Positions 48,150 through 58,600 of a DNA stretch of 64,000 bases are shown one piece after another. Below the pieces are notes generated by a model. That model had not been told where the DNA came from. It made no database searches and saw only the letters and a program-made list of their open reading frames with translations. How positions within the stretch are numbered: position 1 is the first letter of the stretch; every line of letters starts with the position of its first letter. A program made the position numbers and the translations under genes. This DNA is from Longimicrobiales bacterium (lineage in GTDB: Bacteria > Gemmatimonadota > Gemmatimonadetes > Longimicrobiales > Gaopeijiaceae): contig OZ242008.1 of the NCBI GenBank assembly GCA_965204735.1, positions 1,824,001-1,888,000 of the forward strand, in the 5' to 3' direction.

Positions 48150-48395
48150 ATGAAGACAAGACAGAAGACCACTGGCCGGCGTGCTTCGATCGCAAGACTG
48201 GCAAAGGGAGGCGCGTTGGCGGCGGGGCTGCTCGCCGTCGGCCCCTTCACGGCCGAGTTCGCTGACGCTCCGAGCGTCGAGGCAACGGCCCAGCGCGTGT
48301 ACGGCGACAAAGCGGTCCTGGCGTTGTGGTCCATCGAGTGGTGCATGTTCGACTGCCCGGGAGTCGGCGCCTACTGCTGCGGCCCGGTCGCGTAG
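48150..48395 (+). CDS. Small secreted Cys-rich peptide precursor 3 (81 aa)
   Basis: AAGGAG RBS; MKTRQKTTGRRASIARLAKGGALAAGLLAVGPFTAEFADAPSVEATA|QRVYGDKAVLALWSIEWCMFDCPGVGAYCCGPVA. Confidence 0.87.
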   Translation: MKTRQKTTGRRASIARLAKGGALAAGLLAVGPFTAEFADAPSVEATAQRVYGDKAVLALWSIEWCMFDCPGVGAYCCGPVA

Positions 48396-48429
48396 CTCCG
48401 TCCCTAGCATAGCAGGAATCCCGAAGGAA

Positions 48430-48522
48430 GCCGGCGAGTTGGCGAGGCGGCTCGCCGGCCCCTAGGGGCACCACGCGGACGCACCGGCGGATCCCCCCGC
48501 ATCGACAGTAGGGGGATCCGCC
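48430..48522. terminator. Two GC-rich hairpins between convergent peptide 3 and bshB1
   Basis: gccggcgag...ctcgccggc (48430-48459) and ggcggatccccc-N13-gggggatccgcc (48486-48522); no U-tract. Confidence 0.5.
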
Positions 48523-48541
48523 ACCGCTGCTTGCCGGTTCC

Positions 48542-49267
48542 TCAGAAGGTTGCCGTGGCGAGCCGGCCCAAGGTCGAAGCCTCGGTGGTTTCCTCGGTCC
48601 AGTAGGGCTCGCCGTATTCGCAGCGGATGAGGGAGCCGTACCAGGCGTGCGCGCTTCGCACTTGGTCGAAGAACGGCCTGCGCCCGCCCGGAAACACCTC
48701 GCCGGCGCCCTTCGCGCGCCTGAACTGCGTGCCATATGCCGCGAGAACCGCGAGCTTTCGCTCCATCTGGCGGCCGATGTCGATCACGAAGGTGGGCTTC
48801 ACCGCATCCTCTCGGAACGCCAGGGCGTGCACCACCTTCTCGGGACGGTGGGCGGATCCGCCGCCGGGGAAGTTGCGCAGGCCCGCCAGGAAGGAGGCGT
48901 CTCGGGCCAAGCGCGCCGCCGCCTCGTGATCGGGATGGCGCCCCTTCGGCCAGTGGGTGACGACGACCCTGGGTCGAAGAGCACGGATTGCCCGGGCCAC
49001 GACGACGCGGGATTCCCGGTCGTCGACCAGCCCCGCGTCCGGCAGTCCGGCGCAGCGACGGTCCGCCAGTCCCAGGAGTTCGGCCGCCGCTGCCGCCTCC
49101 TGCGCCCGGGACTCCCGGCTTCCGCGACTCCCGGCCTCGCCGGCCGTCAGGTCGAGCACGCCCGTGCGCTCCCCGGCGTCCGCCGACTTCAGGAGAGCGC
49201 CGCCGCACAAGAGCTCGGCATCGTCCGGATGGGCCGTCACGGCCAGGACGTCGAGCGGCTCGATCAC
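48542..49267 (-). CDS. bshB1: Bacillithiol biosynthesis deacetylase (PIG-L family)
   Basis: LDVLAVTAHPDDAELLCGG, DLTAGEAGSRG, HPDH, PTFVIDI. Confidence 0.85.
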   Translation of the reverse strand: MIEPLDVLAVTAHPDDAELLCGGALLKSADAGERTGVLDLTAGEAGSRGSRESRAQEAAAAAELLGLADRRCAGLPDAGLVDDRESRVVVARAIRALRPRVVVTHWPKGRHPDHEAAARLARDASFLAGLRNFPGGGSAHRPEKVVHALAFREDAVKPTFVIDIGRQMERKLAVLAAYGTQFRRAKGAGEVFPGGRRPFFDQVRSAHAWYGSLIRCEYGEPYWTEETTEASTLGRLATATF

Positions 49268-49283
49268 GGCGGGACGCTCCGGG

Positions 49284-50567
49284 TCACTCGTAGCGCAGCG
49301 CGTCCACGGGGTCGAGCTTGGAGGCGCGCAGCGCCGGAAGGAGACCGAAGACGATCCCCGTGGCAGCGGCGAGGCCGATTGCGGCCCCGACGGACCAAAG
49401 GGGAATGCGCGCGGGAAGGGGGGTGAGGGCGGCGGCGGCGGACGACGCGCCCCATCCAACGAGCAGCCCGGCAGCGCCGCCCAGTGCGGTGAGGAACGAC
49501 GCTTCCAGGAGAAACTGCCACATGATCTCCCGGCGGGTCGCTCCCAACGCCTTTCGAACGCCGATCTCGCGAGTCCGCTCCGTGACGGAGATGAGCATGA
49601 TGCCGATCACCCCTATCCCGCCCACCAGCATCCCGATCGACGAAAGCCCGAGCATGACCGCGAAGAACATCGTCGTGAGCTGGTTGAAGAGATCCACCAT
49701 CTGCTCGGCCTTGACTGTCGCGAAGTTGTTTTCCTCGCCCGGTCCGAGGCCGCGCATCGAGCGCAGCGTGGAGACGATCTGGTGCTCGGCCTCGATCGCC
49801 GCGCCTTCCCGCGGCACCACCTGCACGCTCATGAACGTCCACCGGTCGCGTGCCTTCAGCCGCTTGTCGGCGGCGGTGTAGGGCACCACCGCGAAGTTCT
49901 CCTGAATCTCGCCGAAGTAGTTGTCGGCCAGGGAGTACACGCCGACCACCGTGAAGAGTTCGTTCGCCGCTCGCCGGCCGGCGTTCACTCGCACCCGCTT
50001 GCCGATCGGGTCGAGGTGTCCGAAGAGCACTTCCGCCAACTTCTCGGAGAGGACGACCACGGCTCGGGCCTGATTGATCTCGGCGACCGTGAAGTCCCGC
50101 CCGCTCACGAAGCCGCCCGGGGTGTACGAGGGCCATCCCGGCGACGCGCCGCGCCAGCTGACGTCGTACAGCCAATCCGACTCGAAGCGGACCGAGGCTC
50201 GGAACTCGTAGCCGGCGATTGCTTCTTCCACCGCAGGAAGGCTCTGAATGCGCCGCACCTCGCGGTTGCTGATGTCGGGCTTGTCGAACCAAGGGGGACG
50301 CCCGGATCCGTCGAAGGCCGCCCGCACGTCCGACATGTCGAAGGGCATCACCATGAAGTTGTCCGGTCCCGCGGAGTCGAACGCCGACATGACCTGGGTG
50401 CGGATCCCCGTCACGACCGCGGCGATCGTCACCACGACCCCCGTGCCGACCCCTACGCCCAGCACCGCCAAGGCGGCCCGCAGCCAGTTGGCCCGCAAGG
50501 CTTCGACCGCCACCCGCGCACCCTCCAGAAAGACCTTCCCCTTGGAACTCACCCTCTGTTCGGTCAC
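49284..50567 (-). CDS. ABC transporter permease (MacB/FtsX family)
   Basis: [38 protein letters not shown]. Confidence 0.93.
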   Translation of the reverse strand: MTEQRVSSKGKVFLEGARVAVEALRANWLRAALAVLGVGVGTGVVVTIAAVVTGIRTQVMSAFDSAGPDNFMVMPFDMSDVRAAFDGSGRPPWFDKPDISNREVRRIQSLPAVEEAIAGYEFRASVRFESDWLYDVSWRGASPGWPSYTPGGFVSGRDFTVAEINQARAVVVLSEKLAEVLFGHLDPIGKRVRVNAGRRAANELFTVVGVYSLADNYFGEIQENFAVVPYTAADKRLKARDRWTFMSVQVVPREGAAIEAEHQIVSTLRSMRGLGPGEENNFATVKAEQMVDLFNQLTTMFFAVMLGLSSIGMLVGGIGVIGIMLISVTERTREIGVRKALGATRREIMWQFLLEASFLTALGGAAGLLVGWGASSAAAALTPLPARIPLWSVGAAIGLAAATGIVFGLLPALRASKLDPVDALRYE

Positions 50568-50589
50568 GATCGGCTCCTCTTTTCGCTCG

Positions 50590-51831
50590 CTACTCGTACC
50601 GAAGCGCATCGACGGGATCCAGCCTCGCCGCGCGCGCCGCCGGATAGACCCCGGACACCACGCCCACCACCAGCCCCAAGACCACTCCGAGGGCGGCCCA
50701 CTTGGGAGCCACGACGGCGGGAAGCGGCGACACCGCCCCCACCAGCACCGTGGCCGCGGACCCCGTCGCCACGCCGAAGACCGCCCCGATGCCCGACAGC
50801 GTCGCCGTCTCGATCAGCACCTGGACCAAGATGTCGCGGCGCTTGGCGCCGATCGCTTTTCGGATGCCGATCTCCCGAGTCCGCTCCATGACCGTCACCA
50901 GCATGATGTTCATGATCACGATCCCGCCCACCACCAACGAAGTGCCCACTAGGCCGGGCAGGGCGGTGAAGAGGACCGTGCTGATCCGGTTCCAGAACCC
51001 CAGGGTCCCTTCAGTCGTCTCCGCGGCGAAGTCGTTCAGGTCGCCCGGGCGGAGCCGTCGCCGGATCCGCATGATCTCCTCCGCCTCCTGCTGCAGGGGC
51101 AAGACAAGCTCCGGAGTGTTGGCCTTGATCACGATCTGGTCGACGATTCCCCGGGGGTTGGTGAAGCTCTGGACCGGCGACCGAGCGGGCGCCACGGCGA
51201 TGTTGTCGAGGGACTGTCCCAGAAACGAGCCCTGCTCTTCGAGGACGCCGACGACGCGAAAGGGGAACCCGCGAATGCGGACTTCCTTGCCCACCGGGTC
51301 CACTGCTCCGAAGAGGACGTCGGCCGTGGAGCGGCCGAGCACGACGACTGGCCTGCCTTGTTCGTCCTCGGCCTGGCTGAACACCCGTCCCTCCTCGGCG
51401 ACCCAGTTGCGGATGTTGAACATCTCGGCCGTGGCGCCCACGATCCTCACGTTCTCCACCTTGAGGCCGCTCGCCGACTCGAGCTGGCCCCCGCTGGCGG
51501 ACTGGGCGCCGACCACGGCCGGCAGCGCGACCCGCTCCCGGAGATGATCCAGATCGTCGTAGGTCAGCCTGGGCGCCCGAGCCCACGCCCGGCGCTGCTC
51601 GTCCGAGGTGTTCAGGTCGTTTCGCGGCCACCGGAGGACCGTCACCGTGTTGACGCCGATGAAGCTCTCGACGAGAGTCGTCCGCATGTAGCGGTCCACG
51701 CCCTCCACGATGCTCACGACGAGGACGAGGAACATCACGCCCACGATCACGCCCAGCAGGCTGAAGAAGCTCTTGAGCTTCTGGGTGCGGATCTGCTCCG
51801 TGGCCAGCCGGACTCCTTCGAGCGTCTTCAT
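50590..51831 (-). CDS. ABC transporter permease (MacB/FtsX family)
   Basis: [38 protein letters not shown]. Confidence 0.93.
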   Translation of the reverse strand: MKTLEGVRLATEQIRTQKLKSFFSLLGVIVGVMFLVLVVSIVEGVDRYMRTTLVESFIGVNTVTVLRWPRNDLNTSDEQRRAWARAPRLTYDDLDHLRERVALPAVVGAQSASGGQLESASGLKVENVRIVGATAEMFNIRNWVAEEGRVFSQAEDEQGRPVVVLGRSTADVLFGAVDPVGKEVRIRGFPFRVVGVLEEQGSFLGQSLDNIAVAPARSPVQSFTNPRGIVDQIVIKANTPELVLPLQQEAEEIMRIRRRLRPGDLNDFAAETTEGTLGFWNRISTVLFTALPGLVGTSLVVGGIVIMNIMLVTVMERTREIGIRKAIGAKRRDILVQVLIETATLSGIGAVFGVATGSAATVLVGAVSPLPAVVAPKWAALGVVLGLVVGVVSGVYPAARAARLDPVDALRYE

Positions 51832-51839
51832 GGCCCGGG

Positions 51840-53150
51840 TCAGTTGCCGCCGTCGGCGCCGTCGCCCTCGTCCTCGTCCGGGTCGGAGGCCCGGATTCGG
51901 TCGCCGTCCTCGAGCGTCCGCACGATCTGATAGGGGCCGCTCACCACCGTGTCTCCCTCGGCCAAGCCGGACAGCACCTCGAAGTACTCCTGACCCGCGA
52001 TGCCGATCTCCACGGCCATGAACGTCGCGCTGCCGTCGCGCACGACGTACGCTCCCTCGACTTCCACGGGCGCGTCCGCCGCCTTGTCGTCGCCGGTCGG
52101 GAAGGCGGCGCCGGAGGTTCCGGACGCGCCCGCGGTCGCCGCCGAGTCCGGGGACAGCTCCCTGACCGTCAGAGCGATGATGGGGATGCTCAGCGCGTCG
52201 TCGCGAGTGGCCGTCACCAAGTCCGCGGTCGCCGACAGGTCGGGGCGAAGCTCGACCCCCGGGTTCCGGAGCGTGACCACCACCTCGAAGTCGATCGTCG
52301 GCGTCTGCCCAGTGCCGGCCGACGCGGAGGGCGACCTGATGGCGCTGTTGCCGATCTCGGTGACCACGCCGGCAAAGTCGCGGTCGGGGAAGGCGTCCAG
52401 CTCCACCGTGGCGCTGTCCCCGAGCTGAATGCCGGGCACGTCGGTCTCGTCGACCTCCAGCACCACCTCCATCACGGACAGGTCCGAGACGGTGAGCACC
52501 AAGCTGCCCGGGTTGTTCATCGTTCCCACGATGACCGTCTCGCCTTCCTCCACGTTCAGGCGCGTGACCCGGCCGGCCATCGGCGCCCGGATGATCGTCT
52601 TGGAGACGTTGTCGCGGGATTCCTCCACCGCCGCCTGGGACTGGCTCACCCCGTACTCGGCCGACTCCAGAAGCGACCGCTGAACTTCTTCCTGGGTCTG
52701 GGCGTTCTCCACGTCCTGCAAGCTGACGAGCAGCGAGTCCCGCGCCCGAAGGTCTGCCAGCCGCTGCGCGTCCCGCTGCGCCTGAAGGTAGTTGGCCCGA
52801 GCCTGCGCCACTTGGGCCTGGGCCTGAAGCAGCGCGGCTTGGCTTCGGCTCAGGCTCGCCTGGAAGCGCGTGGGGTCGAGGCGGAGAAGCACCTGCCCTT
52901 CGGTCACCTCCTCGCCTTCCTCCACCAGCATCTCCGTGACCCGCGCCGAAATGTCGGAGCTGATGTCCACCTTGCGCCGCGCCCGCACGTTGCCGCTGGC
53001 CGTCACCGTCTCGACCAGGTTTCTCCTCTCGATTCCTTCGATCCGGGCGCTGGTCCCCGTCGCTCGGGAGCCGTTGGAGCCGAGGACCGCCGCAGTTGCA
53101 AAGAGGGCGACGACGCCGGTTCCGACGATGACCTTGGTTCTGGTTCGCAT
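51840..53150 (-). CDS. Efflux periplasmic adaptor (HlyD/MacA family)
   Basis: TASGNV, VEEGEEV..GQVLLRLD, coiled coil, IRAPMAG, VDETD, LRPDLSA. Confidence 0.93.
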   Translation of the reverse strand: MRTRTKVIVGTGVVALFATAAVLGSNGSRATGTSARIEGIERRNLVETVTASGNVRARRKVDISSDISARVTEMLVEEGEEVTEGQVLLRLDPTRFQASLSRSQAALLQAQAQVAQARANYLQAQRDAQRLADLRARDSLLVSLQDVENAQTQEEVQRSLLESAEYGVSQSQAAVEESRDNVSKTIIRAPMAGRVTRLNVEEGETVIVGTMNNPGSLVLTVSDLSVMEVVLEVDETDVPGIQLGDSATVELDAFPDRDFAGVVTEIGNSAIRSPSASAGTGQTPTIDFEVVVTLRNPGVELRPDLSATADLVTATRDDALSIPIIALTVRELSPDSAATAGASGTSGAAFPTGDDKAADAPVEVEGAYVVRDGSATFMAVEIGIAGQEYFEVLSGLAEGDTVVSGPYQIVRTLEDGDRIRASDPDEDEGDGADGGN

Positions 53151-53157
53151 GGTGTCC

Positions 53158-54729
53158 TCAGGGGTTCCTTATAGGGGCGCCGACCACGGCCTCCAAGTCG
53201 GCGACTGCGTCGTGATAGGTGAAGACGGCGAGAACCCGGGCCCGGTCGGCTCTGGCCTTGACCGTTTCCGCCTCCGCCAACTCGATGAAGCTGGAGATCC
53301 CCAGCCGGTACCGCTCCCTGGCCAAGCGAAGCTGTTCGTCCGCGAGCGCTTGGTTCCGTTCCTCGATCACGGCCGTCTCGTAGGCCGTCCGCACGATCGC
53401 CAGGCGCGACTCCACGTCGGCCCGCAGGGCGAGCTCCTGCTCGCGCAGCTGATGGCGGCTGTCCGAGAGCCGGGCCTTCGCCGCCTCCACGTTCTGCTGC
53501 CGGGAGAGGCCCTGGAAGACAGGCACCGACACCGTAAGCCCCGCCGACGGGGGCGAGTTCGTGAAGCTGAAGGGAAAGGCGTTGTTCTGGTCCCGGATCG
53601 CCTGGATCGCCGCGTCCGGGGTGGCAAGCCGGGAGCAGTTCTGGGGAGGCAGAGGGTCGGCCAGCCGGGCCGTCAGGTCGTTCAGCGTCTGGCACTGGCG
53701 GATCGCCGCCTGCCCCTGGGCGATCGCCTGGGCCTCCTGGCTGGCGGTGTTGCTCGCTTGGCGGGTGAAGCCGCTGAACCCGGTCGTGAGGGAGATCGAC
53801 GGGTAGTAGGAAGACCTGGCCATGCGCACGCCGTATCGGGCCGATTCCTCCGTCGCCCGCAGGGACCGCAGCCCGGGGTTGTCGCCGAGGGCGGACTCGT
53901 AGAGGTCGCGCGCGCTCCAGCTCGGCTCGGCAACCACGAAGGTCGTCGCCAACGACGGCTCCGCCGCCAACTCCACGCCCATCTGCTGAAGGAGCCTGAT
54001 CCGGGCGGTCCGAACCCCGGTCCGGGACTGGAGCACCGAGACCTGGGCCCTTCCCACGGCGACTTCGGCCTGCTGCACGTCGATGGCGTTGCCCGACCCC
54101 ACTTCCAGTCTTCCCTGGGCCAGCCGCAGGTCGATCTGCGCCCTCTCCATCTCCCGCTCGGAGAGGTTGAGCTCCTCGATCTGCCGCAGCACCTCCAGAT
54201 ACGCCTTGGTCACCCCCAGGCGAAGGCTCGCCTCCGCGACGCTCACCTGGGCGCGGGTGGCGTCTCGGTCGCGCTTGGCCTGTCCCGGGGCCAGGAGGGT
54301 TCGCCCGTCCATGGAGTAGCTGAAGCCCACGTTGTACGAGCTGAAGTAGAAGGAGGGCTGGTCCTGGAACCCCAGCTGCTCGGCGGTGATGCTGCCGAAG
54401 CGCTGCTCTCCCGCGCCCTGCCAGGAGAGGCTGGAGCTCGCCGACGCCGACGGCAGCCAGGAGGCGTAGGCGGATCGGACGTTCCAGTCGGCGACGGGCA
54501 CGTCGTTGCGGGCGACCTGCACCGCAGGGTTGTTGCGAAGGGCGACCTGCAGGGCGTCTTCAAGGGTCAGCGACGCGGGGACCTGCTCGCGGCCCGGGAC
54601 GGGCTGGCCTGCCGCGGGACGGAGAAGTCCGGCCGACAGCCCGGCGAGCACGAAGGCCGTCGCGAGCAAGGCGCCCGCCCCTCCACTTCGGATTGCGTTT
54701 CGGCTGTATGCCGCAGGACGGTATGACAT
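53158..54729 (-). CDS. TolC family outer-membrane efflux protein
   Basis: LTLEDALQVALRNNP, two OEP repeats, ARERYRLG. Confidence 0.92.
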   Translation of the reverse strand: MSYRPAAYSRNAIRSGGAGALLATAFVLAGLSAGLLRPAAGQPVPGREQVPASLTLEDALQVALRNNPAVQVARNDVPVADWNVRSAYASWLPSASASSSLSWQGAGEQRFGSITAEQLGFQDQPSFYFSSYNVGFSYSMDGRTLLAPGQAKRDRDATRAQVSVAEASLRLGVTKAYLEVLRQIEELNLSEREMERAQIDLRLAQGRLEVGSGNAIDVQQAEVAVGRAQVSVLQSRTGVRTARIRLLQQMGVELAAEPSLATTFVVAEPSWSARDLYESALGDNPGLRSLRATEESARYGVRMARSSYYPSISLTTGFSGFTRQASNTASQEAQAIAQGQAAIRQCQTLNDLTARLADPLPPQNCSRLATPDAAIQAIRDQNNAFPFSFTNSPPSAGLTVSVPVFQGLSRQQNVEAAKARLSDSRHQLREQELALRADVESRLAIVRTAYETAVIEERNQALADEQLRLARERYRLGISSFIELAEAETVKARADRARVLAVFTYHDAVADLEAVVGAPIRNP

Positions 54730-54890
54730 TGCCAGGACCAGCTCCTTGGGGTTCTCGCGTAAGGACGGCACGGGGTTCCCGCCCACAGACGGCGTGCCCG
54801 GCCGGCGCCGTGAAGTCGAGCGCAGGCGCCGGGCCACTGTACGAAGGCGTCCGCAGCCCGGTTTCGGTACGAACGGGGCCGCCGGGACGC

Positions 54891-55661
54891 TCATTCCCTG
54901 GAAACGTCGCCGCTTCGCCACGGCGTCGCCGCTTCGCCGATGCCCAGGACGCGCTCCGCCGCGAAGCCCCCCGCCGGGGCCTCCACCCGCACCAGCCGAC
55001 CGCTGCCGTCGAACCACGCCAGCCGCTCCTCGTCTCCGAAGCTGAGGCGAACCCGGGTGGTCGCGATCGGGCCGCCGTCCACCTGGATCGTCTCGGGCGT
55101 CGCGTCCGCCTCCGCCGAGGCTTCCTTCTGCGAGACGGGCGACAGCACGTGAAGGGAGGAAAGCCGGCCCTGGAGAAGTGCCCCCAGCACGAAGTAGTGG
55201 TGGGCGACCCCCTCGTCCAGAATCACCGTGGAGAGCGGGGCGCGGTACTCCCGGACCTCCTCGCCCCACGGCCCCTGGGTCAGGGCGTCGAGACGGCTTC
55301 CCGCTCGCTCCAGCGTGACGGCCAGCGTGTCGGGACCCTCGAAGCGGAGCGCCCGGTAGCTGCGGACGACGAGCGTCCGACCCTGCGCCACCAGAGTCGT
55401 GACCAGCGTGGGGCCGTCGCGCATCGCCACGGCGCCCGTGGCCGTTGCGCGCTGGTCGTCGCCCTCTCCCCGCCACTGGATCTCGAACTCCTCCGTGCCC
55501 GCCTCCCGGCCGTTCAGGTACAGCTGAAAGGCGCCCCTGTCCACGCGCTGCCCCGAGGCTTCCTCGGCAGGGAGGAAGGCGGGCGCGATCGCCGCGACGA
55601 CGCACGCCGCCCGCACTGCGGCGGCGCGGCCAAGGCGGGATGGGCGGAGTGACCGGTACAT
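54891..55661 (-). CDS. Hypothetical exported protein
   Basis: Signal-like N-terminus, beta-rich body (FQLYLNGREAGTEEFEI...AWFDGSGRLVRVE). Confidence 0.68.
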   Translation of the reverse strand: MYRSLRPSRLGRAAAVRAACVVAAIAPAFLPAEEASGQRVDRGAFQLYLNGREAGTEEFEIQWRGEGDDQRATATGAVAMRDGPTLVTTLVAQGRTLVVRSYRALRFEGPDTLAVTLERAGSRLDALTQGPWGEEVREYRAPLSTVILDEGVAHHYFVLGALLQGRLSSLHVLSPVSQKEASAEADATPETIQVDGGPIATTRVRLSFGDEERLAWFDGSGRLVRVEAPAGGFAAERVLGIGEAATPWRSGDVSRE

Positions 55662-55669
55662 TACGTTGA

Positions 55670-58600
55670 ATGATAATGGGTAAGCGCCGAGACCACGCCG
55701 CGCCGGCCGGAAGCGGCCCCGCTCGCTCGACGGCGTCGGAACTCCTTCTGGCCGCGGGCTGGGTGTGCGTCCTTCTGTGGATGCGGGCGGCCTCGCCGTG
55801 GGCGCTGGCCGGGGCCGCGGCCTGCGTCTTGGGGGCCGCCGCTTCGGGCGTGGAGCTGCGCCGGCTGGCGTCCTGCGTCGTGCTGGCCGGCGCCGCGACC
55901 GCCGGGTTCGTCTCGATCGCGGGGGAGCGCCGCTTCTCCACCGACTGGTCCGCCTACCAACTCCATCGGCAGGCGCAGGTGGACGAGACCGTGCGAACCG
56001 AGCTGGACTCGCTGGCGGCAAGAGGCGACGCGGCGGCGAAGCGGGCCGCGCGGGCGGCTGCCGCGGCGTCTTCCCGGGATGCGCTGCACGACTCCCTCCG
56101 CGCCTTGCTGCCGCCCTCCGGCGCGACGGCCGTCGCGGTCTTCGGCAGCGACAGGCGCCTCGAGACCTGGGCGGGAAGCCACCACGGCAGGCTTCCCGAC
56201 CAAGTCCTCGACGGCCGGGCCCGGCACTTCAGCGGAAGCACCCTCTTCTCCTACCTGTACTTCGCCGCGCCGGTCGCGGACGGGGGCGTCGCGGTCGTCG
56301 CCGCGCTGATGCGCTCGGACCTGCCCGAGCCGTTCTCGGGGCTGGGCGACTTCGCGTCCCGGATGCGGGAGCGAACCGGGGAACGGATCGAGGTCGCTTC
56401 GGCGGCGGGCGGGGGAGCGGACGACGTGGCGGCGTGGAGCGTCTCTCTCCGGGACCAAACCGACCGGCGGACGGCCCACGAGCGCTTCTGGAAGCGAATC
56501 GCCGCCGCGCTCGTCGCGCTTGCCTTGATCGTGAAGTTCGTCGTCGCTCCTCCCCGCCGCACCCGGTACGCGCTCTTCCTGCTCCTGGCCGCGGCGGCTC
56601 TCCTGCCCTTGGACGACGCCTTTCTGCCGGCGTACCTGGCCGACTCGGCGGCGTTCCGCCTGCCAGGTCCGGTGCCGCTTACGATGGGGCGAGTGCTGGC
56701 GCTGTCCTGCGCCCTCGTCCTCGTGTCGGCGCGGGCTGCCCATCTGTGGAAAGGGCGAGTGGGCGGCCCGTGGCTTGCGCCGCTGGTCGCGGCCGCCGCC
56801 TTTCCCCTGACCTTGACGTGGTTCGAGGCCGGGGCGTCGATCGACCTTCTGGGCATGTCGGAAACGTCGTGGGTGGTCTTTCAAGCCGTCGCGACGACGT
56901 TGTCCGGCGCAGCAGTCGCGGCAGCGCTGGTCCTGTCCGGGAGTCGAGGGCGCAACGGCGGCGGCTCCACCGGACGGCCTCTTCTTTCCGTCTTGGGAAT
57001 CGGGGTCTCGGTCGCCCTCTCCCTGGCCGTTGCCGCCGGCGTGCGCACGGGCTTCGCCCCCCCGGCGGCTCTGGCGGCGGCGTGGGCGCTGCCCGCGTTT
57101 CTGATCGCCGTCGGCCTCGCCGGCTTCCGCCCCGGCTCGTACGCCCGGTGGGCCTGCGCCTTGGCCCTGGCGGGGACGGCGGTCCTTCCCTTCGCCTGGT
57201 CGATGCGCACGGAGGCGAGGAAGTCGGTTGCGGAGCGCCGCCTGGGCTTCTTGGGCGTGGTGGCCGACCCGGGGATCGACCGGGCGCTGAACCGGGTCGC
57301 CGAACACGCCGACTCCCTCGACCGGCTGGGCGTCGACGACCTCGAGGTCCTCTACGGGGCCTGGACGTCCAGCGGCTTGGCGGCACAGAGCATTCCCGTC
57401 CTCCTCACTCTCTGGTCCGCCGAGGGCGTTCCGGTGCACGAACTCAAGCTGGGAACCACCCAGGAACGTCCCGCTTGGGTCGACCAGGTCGTCCTGACGC
57501 TTCCGGATGCCGCCCTCCGACGCTACCACGCGCCTCACGGCTTCCACGGCAGCCACTTGGTGTCGCTTCGCCTCGCCGGCGGTCGTCTCTTCACCGGCAC
57601 CGTCCCTCCCCGCCGGACGATCCCCGTGCCTTCCGCCTTGGGGCCCCTCTTCGCCTCCATGGAGAGCGGGACCGACCCCGAGTTCTTGAGCCTGGTCCGG
57701 CTCGACCGGCAACCGCCGCCGGGTCCGCCGACCGTCGAGTGGCGCCGCAACGACGAAGGATGGCGCGCCGCGAGCGTGGTTTCCTACCCCGACGGGGCGT
57801 ACTCCGTCTTCCACGTGATCAGCATCTCCAACTGGTGGGTCATGTTGGCCCGCGCGGTCTTGGCGCTGGCCCCCGCGTTCGCGGCGGTCTCGGCGCTCTG
57901 GCTTCTTGGGACGAGAACGCCTGGGGCCCGCCTGGCCGCCAAGCCTCGCTGGCACGGCTTCGCCACCTCGTTCCGCTCCCGGGTCACGGTGACGCTCTTC
58001 GGCTTCTTTCTTCTCTCCAGCGTGCTCTTCTGGGTGCTGGCCAACACCAGCCTTACCGGGGCTTCGGAGCGGACGGCGACGACCCTGGCGCAGAGGGTCG
58101 TGAACCAGATCGCGGCCGCCTACTCGGAAGAGGGCGGCTCGCTGGAGTCCCTTGCCCGACGAGTCGGCGCGGACCTGCTGGACTATCGGGACGGCGAGCT
58201 GGTGGGCGGCTCGGTGGACGAGCTGGTCGAACTGGGGCTCTACGAGACGTGGGTGGACCCGGAGATCCACGACGCGCTGCGGCGGGGCCAGCGGTTGGGC
58301 GCCGAGAAGGTCGCGAGCCTGGGGGAGTGGCGATACGTGGTGGCGTACCGCCGCCTTCCCGACGGCGACGTCGTGGCCGCCCCGATTCCCCTGCGGGCCG
58401 GCGCGGCGGCCCTTCGGCGACGGGACGTGGCCGACCTGCTGCTGGCCGCGCTCGTGCTCACTCCCGTTCTGTCCCTGGTGCTGGCGTTCTTCGTGGGCAG
58501 GGCCCTGGCTCGGCCCCTGAAGGAGCTGCGCGTCGCTTCGGACCGGGTCGGCGAAGGCAACTTGGCCGTGGGCTTGCCGGAGGATCGGGTCGACGAGTTC

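Noticed and set aside
46224..48395. Assignment to known RiPP classes (lanthipeptide, ranthipeptide, bufferin, double-glycine bacteriocin)
   Set aside because: No LanB/C/M, SPASM radical SAM, MNIO or C39 transporter is nearby, and the leaders are Sec-like rather than GG-type.
42655..48540. IS, integrase or prophage origin of the accessory locus
   Set aside because: No transposase or recombinase motifs, terminal inverted repeats or att-like duplications were seen.
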